From positions 416,001 to 480,000 of the forward strand of contig CAVVXN010000001.1 in assembly GCA_963752285.1 (NCBI GenBank): 64,000 nucleotides of DNA, read 5' to 3'. Under the pieces are notes generated by a model. The model worked only from the letters and a program-made list of their open reading frames with translations. It was not told the DNA's origin and did not search any database. The position numbers and the translations under genes are program-made. Numbering within the stretch: position 1 is the stretch's first letter; each line of letters starts with the position of its first letter. Below are positions 62,245 through 64,000 of the stretch, piece by piece. The stretch comes from an uncultured Planctomycetota bacterium (GTDB taxonomy: Bacteria; Planctomycetota; PLA2; JAEUHO01).

Positions 62245-63969
62245 ATGACGCGACGCACGCCGCTTCTCGTCCTCCTCCTCCTCGTGGGGACGCCCCCCGT
62301 CTGGGCGCGGCTCGACGCGAAGGACTGGAAGGACGTGGAGGAGCGTGCGAACCACCTCTTCGGGTCGGCGGGCCACCGCGCGGAGAAGGCCGAGGTCCTC
62401 ACGAAGCTCCTCGAGGACGACGACCGGCGGTCGTGGAAGGTCCTCGCCGACGCGGTGGTGAAGGAGGCGGAGACCTGGGTCGTCTCGGAGCGGACGCGGC
62501 AGAAGCTCGAGAGCGACATCCAGGAGATCCAGTCGAAGACGATGGCCCAGCGCCATCCGGACGACCAGGCGCATCTGCTCTCCTGGCGGGCACAGCTCCA
62601 GGACCTCGACGTCCAGGTCCGCGACCAGCGCGGCGCCCTCGGCGACGTGACCGACGCCGTCGCGGAGGGTCCCGCCGCGCTCCGCCAGAACCTGCTCTCG
62701 CGCGCGAAGTCCAGCAAGGAGTGGGCGGTGCGCGCCGCCGCCGTGCGTGTCTCGGCGGCGCACCTCGACGAGAAGGAGTGCGCCGAGGTGTTCCTCCGCG
62801 GGATCGAGAAGGACCCGGACCCCCGCGTGCGCATGGCGGGCCTCGACGCGCTTCGCGTCCTCAGGGACCGGCTGGGCGGCGGCGAGACGATCCCGGCAGG
62901 CGACGGGACGCCGCCAGCCGGCGCCGGCGACCCGCCCGCAGGCGACGCCACGCCGCCGAAGCCGGCCGTCAAGGGCACGTCGCTCGACCAGGTGGAGGCC
63001 CTGATCCTCGGGCGGCTGGCCGATCCCGACTGGGGCGTCCAGCTCGTCGCGGTCCACGTCGTGACGGAGGCCAAGCTCACGCGCGCCGTGCCGCACCTGA
63101 TCAATGCGCTCTCGGTCGCGAACCCGCGGATGGCCGAGGCGATCGGCGACGCGCTCCGCACGCTCACCGGCCAGAACTTCGATCCCTTCGCGGACGTGTG
63201 GGCGCACTGGTGGGAGGAGCACAAGGGCGACTTCCAGTCCGCCGAGCACGTGAAGGGGGACCGGAGCCAGCGCGCGGCGTGGGACGCCCACTTCTACGGC
63301 CTCCCCGTCAAGTCCGATCGCGTCCTCTTCATCCTCGACACGTCCGACTCGATGAAACTCAAGACGACGAACGAGAACCCGGCCGCGAAGTGGAAGCAGC
63401 GCGGCCCGATCACCGGTGAGGGCGTCCCCCCGCCGCCGCCGCCGCCCGAGGAGATCCTGAGCGGCCCGAAGATCGAGGTGGCGAAGCACGAGATCAAGAA
63501 GGCCCTGAAGAAGCTGAAGAAGAACGCGAAGTTCGACATCATCGCCTTCAACAGCGCCGTCACGGCGTGGAAGGACCAGATGATGGACGCGTCGGACAAG
63601 AACGTCGCGGACGCCCTGACCTGGATGGACGAGATGAAGCCGGTCGGCAGCACGTACGTGGACGGCGCGCTCCGCCTGGGCTTCCGCATCGCGGGCCTCG
63701 GCGCGACGGACAAGGCGTACCCCGAGGTCAACGTGGACACGATCATCCTGCTCTCCGACGGAGCCCCCACCGAAGGCGACTCGGGGAAGGCGGACGGATC
63801 GGGCGTGGTCAAGAGCATGGACCCCGAGGTCGTTCTCCAGCACGTGCGCGAGTGGAACCAGTACAAGCGCGTCGTCATCAACTGCATCGGCGTGGACCCG
63901 GCGCCGGGCGTCACCGAGTTCCTCCAGAAGCTCGCGACGGAGAACGGCGGGATCTACATTGACCGATGA
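62245..63969 (+). CDS. Secreted HEAT-repeat + VWA domain protein
   Basis: Signal peptide; HEAT repeats (DPDPRVRMAGLDAL, DPDWGVQ); MIDAS DTSDS, LSDGAP. Confidence 0.85.
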   Translation: MTRRTPLLVLLLLVGTPPVWARLDAKDWKDVEERANHLFGSAGHRAEKAEVLTKLLEDDDRRSWKVLADAVVKEAETWVVSERTRQKLESDIQEIQSKTMAQRHPDDQAHLLSWRAQLQDLDVQVRDQRGALGDVTDAVAEGPAALRQNLLSRAKSSKEWAVRAAAVRVSAAHLDEKECAEVFLRGIEKDPDPRVRMAGLDALRVLRDRLGGGETIPAGDGTPPAGAGDPPAGDATPPKPAVKGTSLDQVEALILGRLADPDWGVQLVAVHVVTEAKLTRAVPHLINALSVANPRMAEAIGDALRTLTGQNFDPFADVWAHWWEEHKGDFQSAEHVKGDRSQRAAWDAHFYGLPVKSDRVLFILDTSDSMKLKTTNENPAAKWKQRGPITGEGVPPPPPPPEEILSGPKIEVAKHEIKKALKKLKKNAKFDIIAFNSAVTAWKDQMMDASDKNVADALTWMDEMKPVGSTYVDGALRLGFRIAGLGATDKAYPEVNVDTIILLSDGAPTEGDSGKADGSGVVKSMDPEVVLQHVREWNQYKRVVINCIGVDPAPGVTEFLQKLATENGGIYIDR

Positions 63970-64000
63970 GCGTTCGACCGCGGACGGCGAGGCGGCCGAC

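Noticed and set aside
1..64000. Many very long overlapping ORFs in the track (e.g. 6165..10877, 2773..6492, 59974..63843, 33152..36778)
   Set aside because: Arg/Pro/Gly-rich shadow frames caused by high GC; only the terminal parts with recognisable motifs were kept as genes
63966..64000. Possible next gene starting at an ATGA overlap
   Set aside because: Only about 11 codons are visible at the window edge

Overview
64 kb of very GC-rich bacterial chromosome, tentatively PVC/Planctomycetota-like (secreted HEAT/VWA and FG-GAP proteins, RNase HIII). I count about 55 genuine CDS and one tRNA-Ala(CGC), with no mobile element or CRISPR array. Most long ORFs in the supplied track are GC-shadow frames. 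The centrepiece is a ~25 kb isoprenoid/hopanoid supercluster (26.8-51.9 kb). It has four parts: (1) a mevalonate operon (mvaD, phosphomevalonate kinase, HMG-CoA reductase-mevalonate kinase fusion, idi); (2) a divergent, largely translationally coupled run starting with lipid-trafficking genes (tandem MlaC/HpnM, HpnN, MlaA, HpnL-like flippase, START protein); (3) within that run, a 7-gene inositol cassette (Ino1, HAD, NTP-transferase, ATP-grasp, class III aminotransferase, Gfo/Idh/MocA, CDP-alcohol phosphotransferase) followed by shc-hpnH-hpnA-hpnG; (4) a convergent single-enzyme squalene synthase. The arrangement suggests an undescribed amino-inositol-phosphate lipid or hopanoid head-group pathway (inference). 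Other notable items: a NifB-shaped protein lacking its Fe-S cysteine motifs, a divergent PGK, IleRS2 with a GVHH motif, a 186-nt self-complementary element beside the tRNA, probable CTG/ATC start codons and widespread leaderless promoter architecture. All family calls come from recognising motifs by eye; no database search was run.
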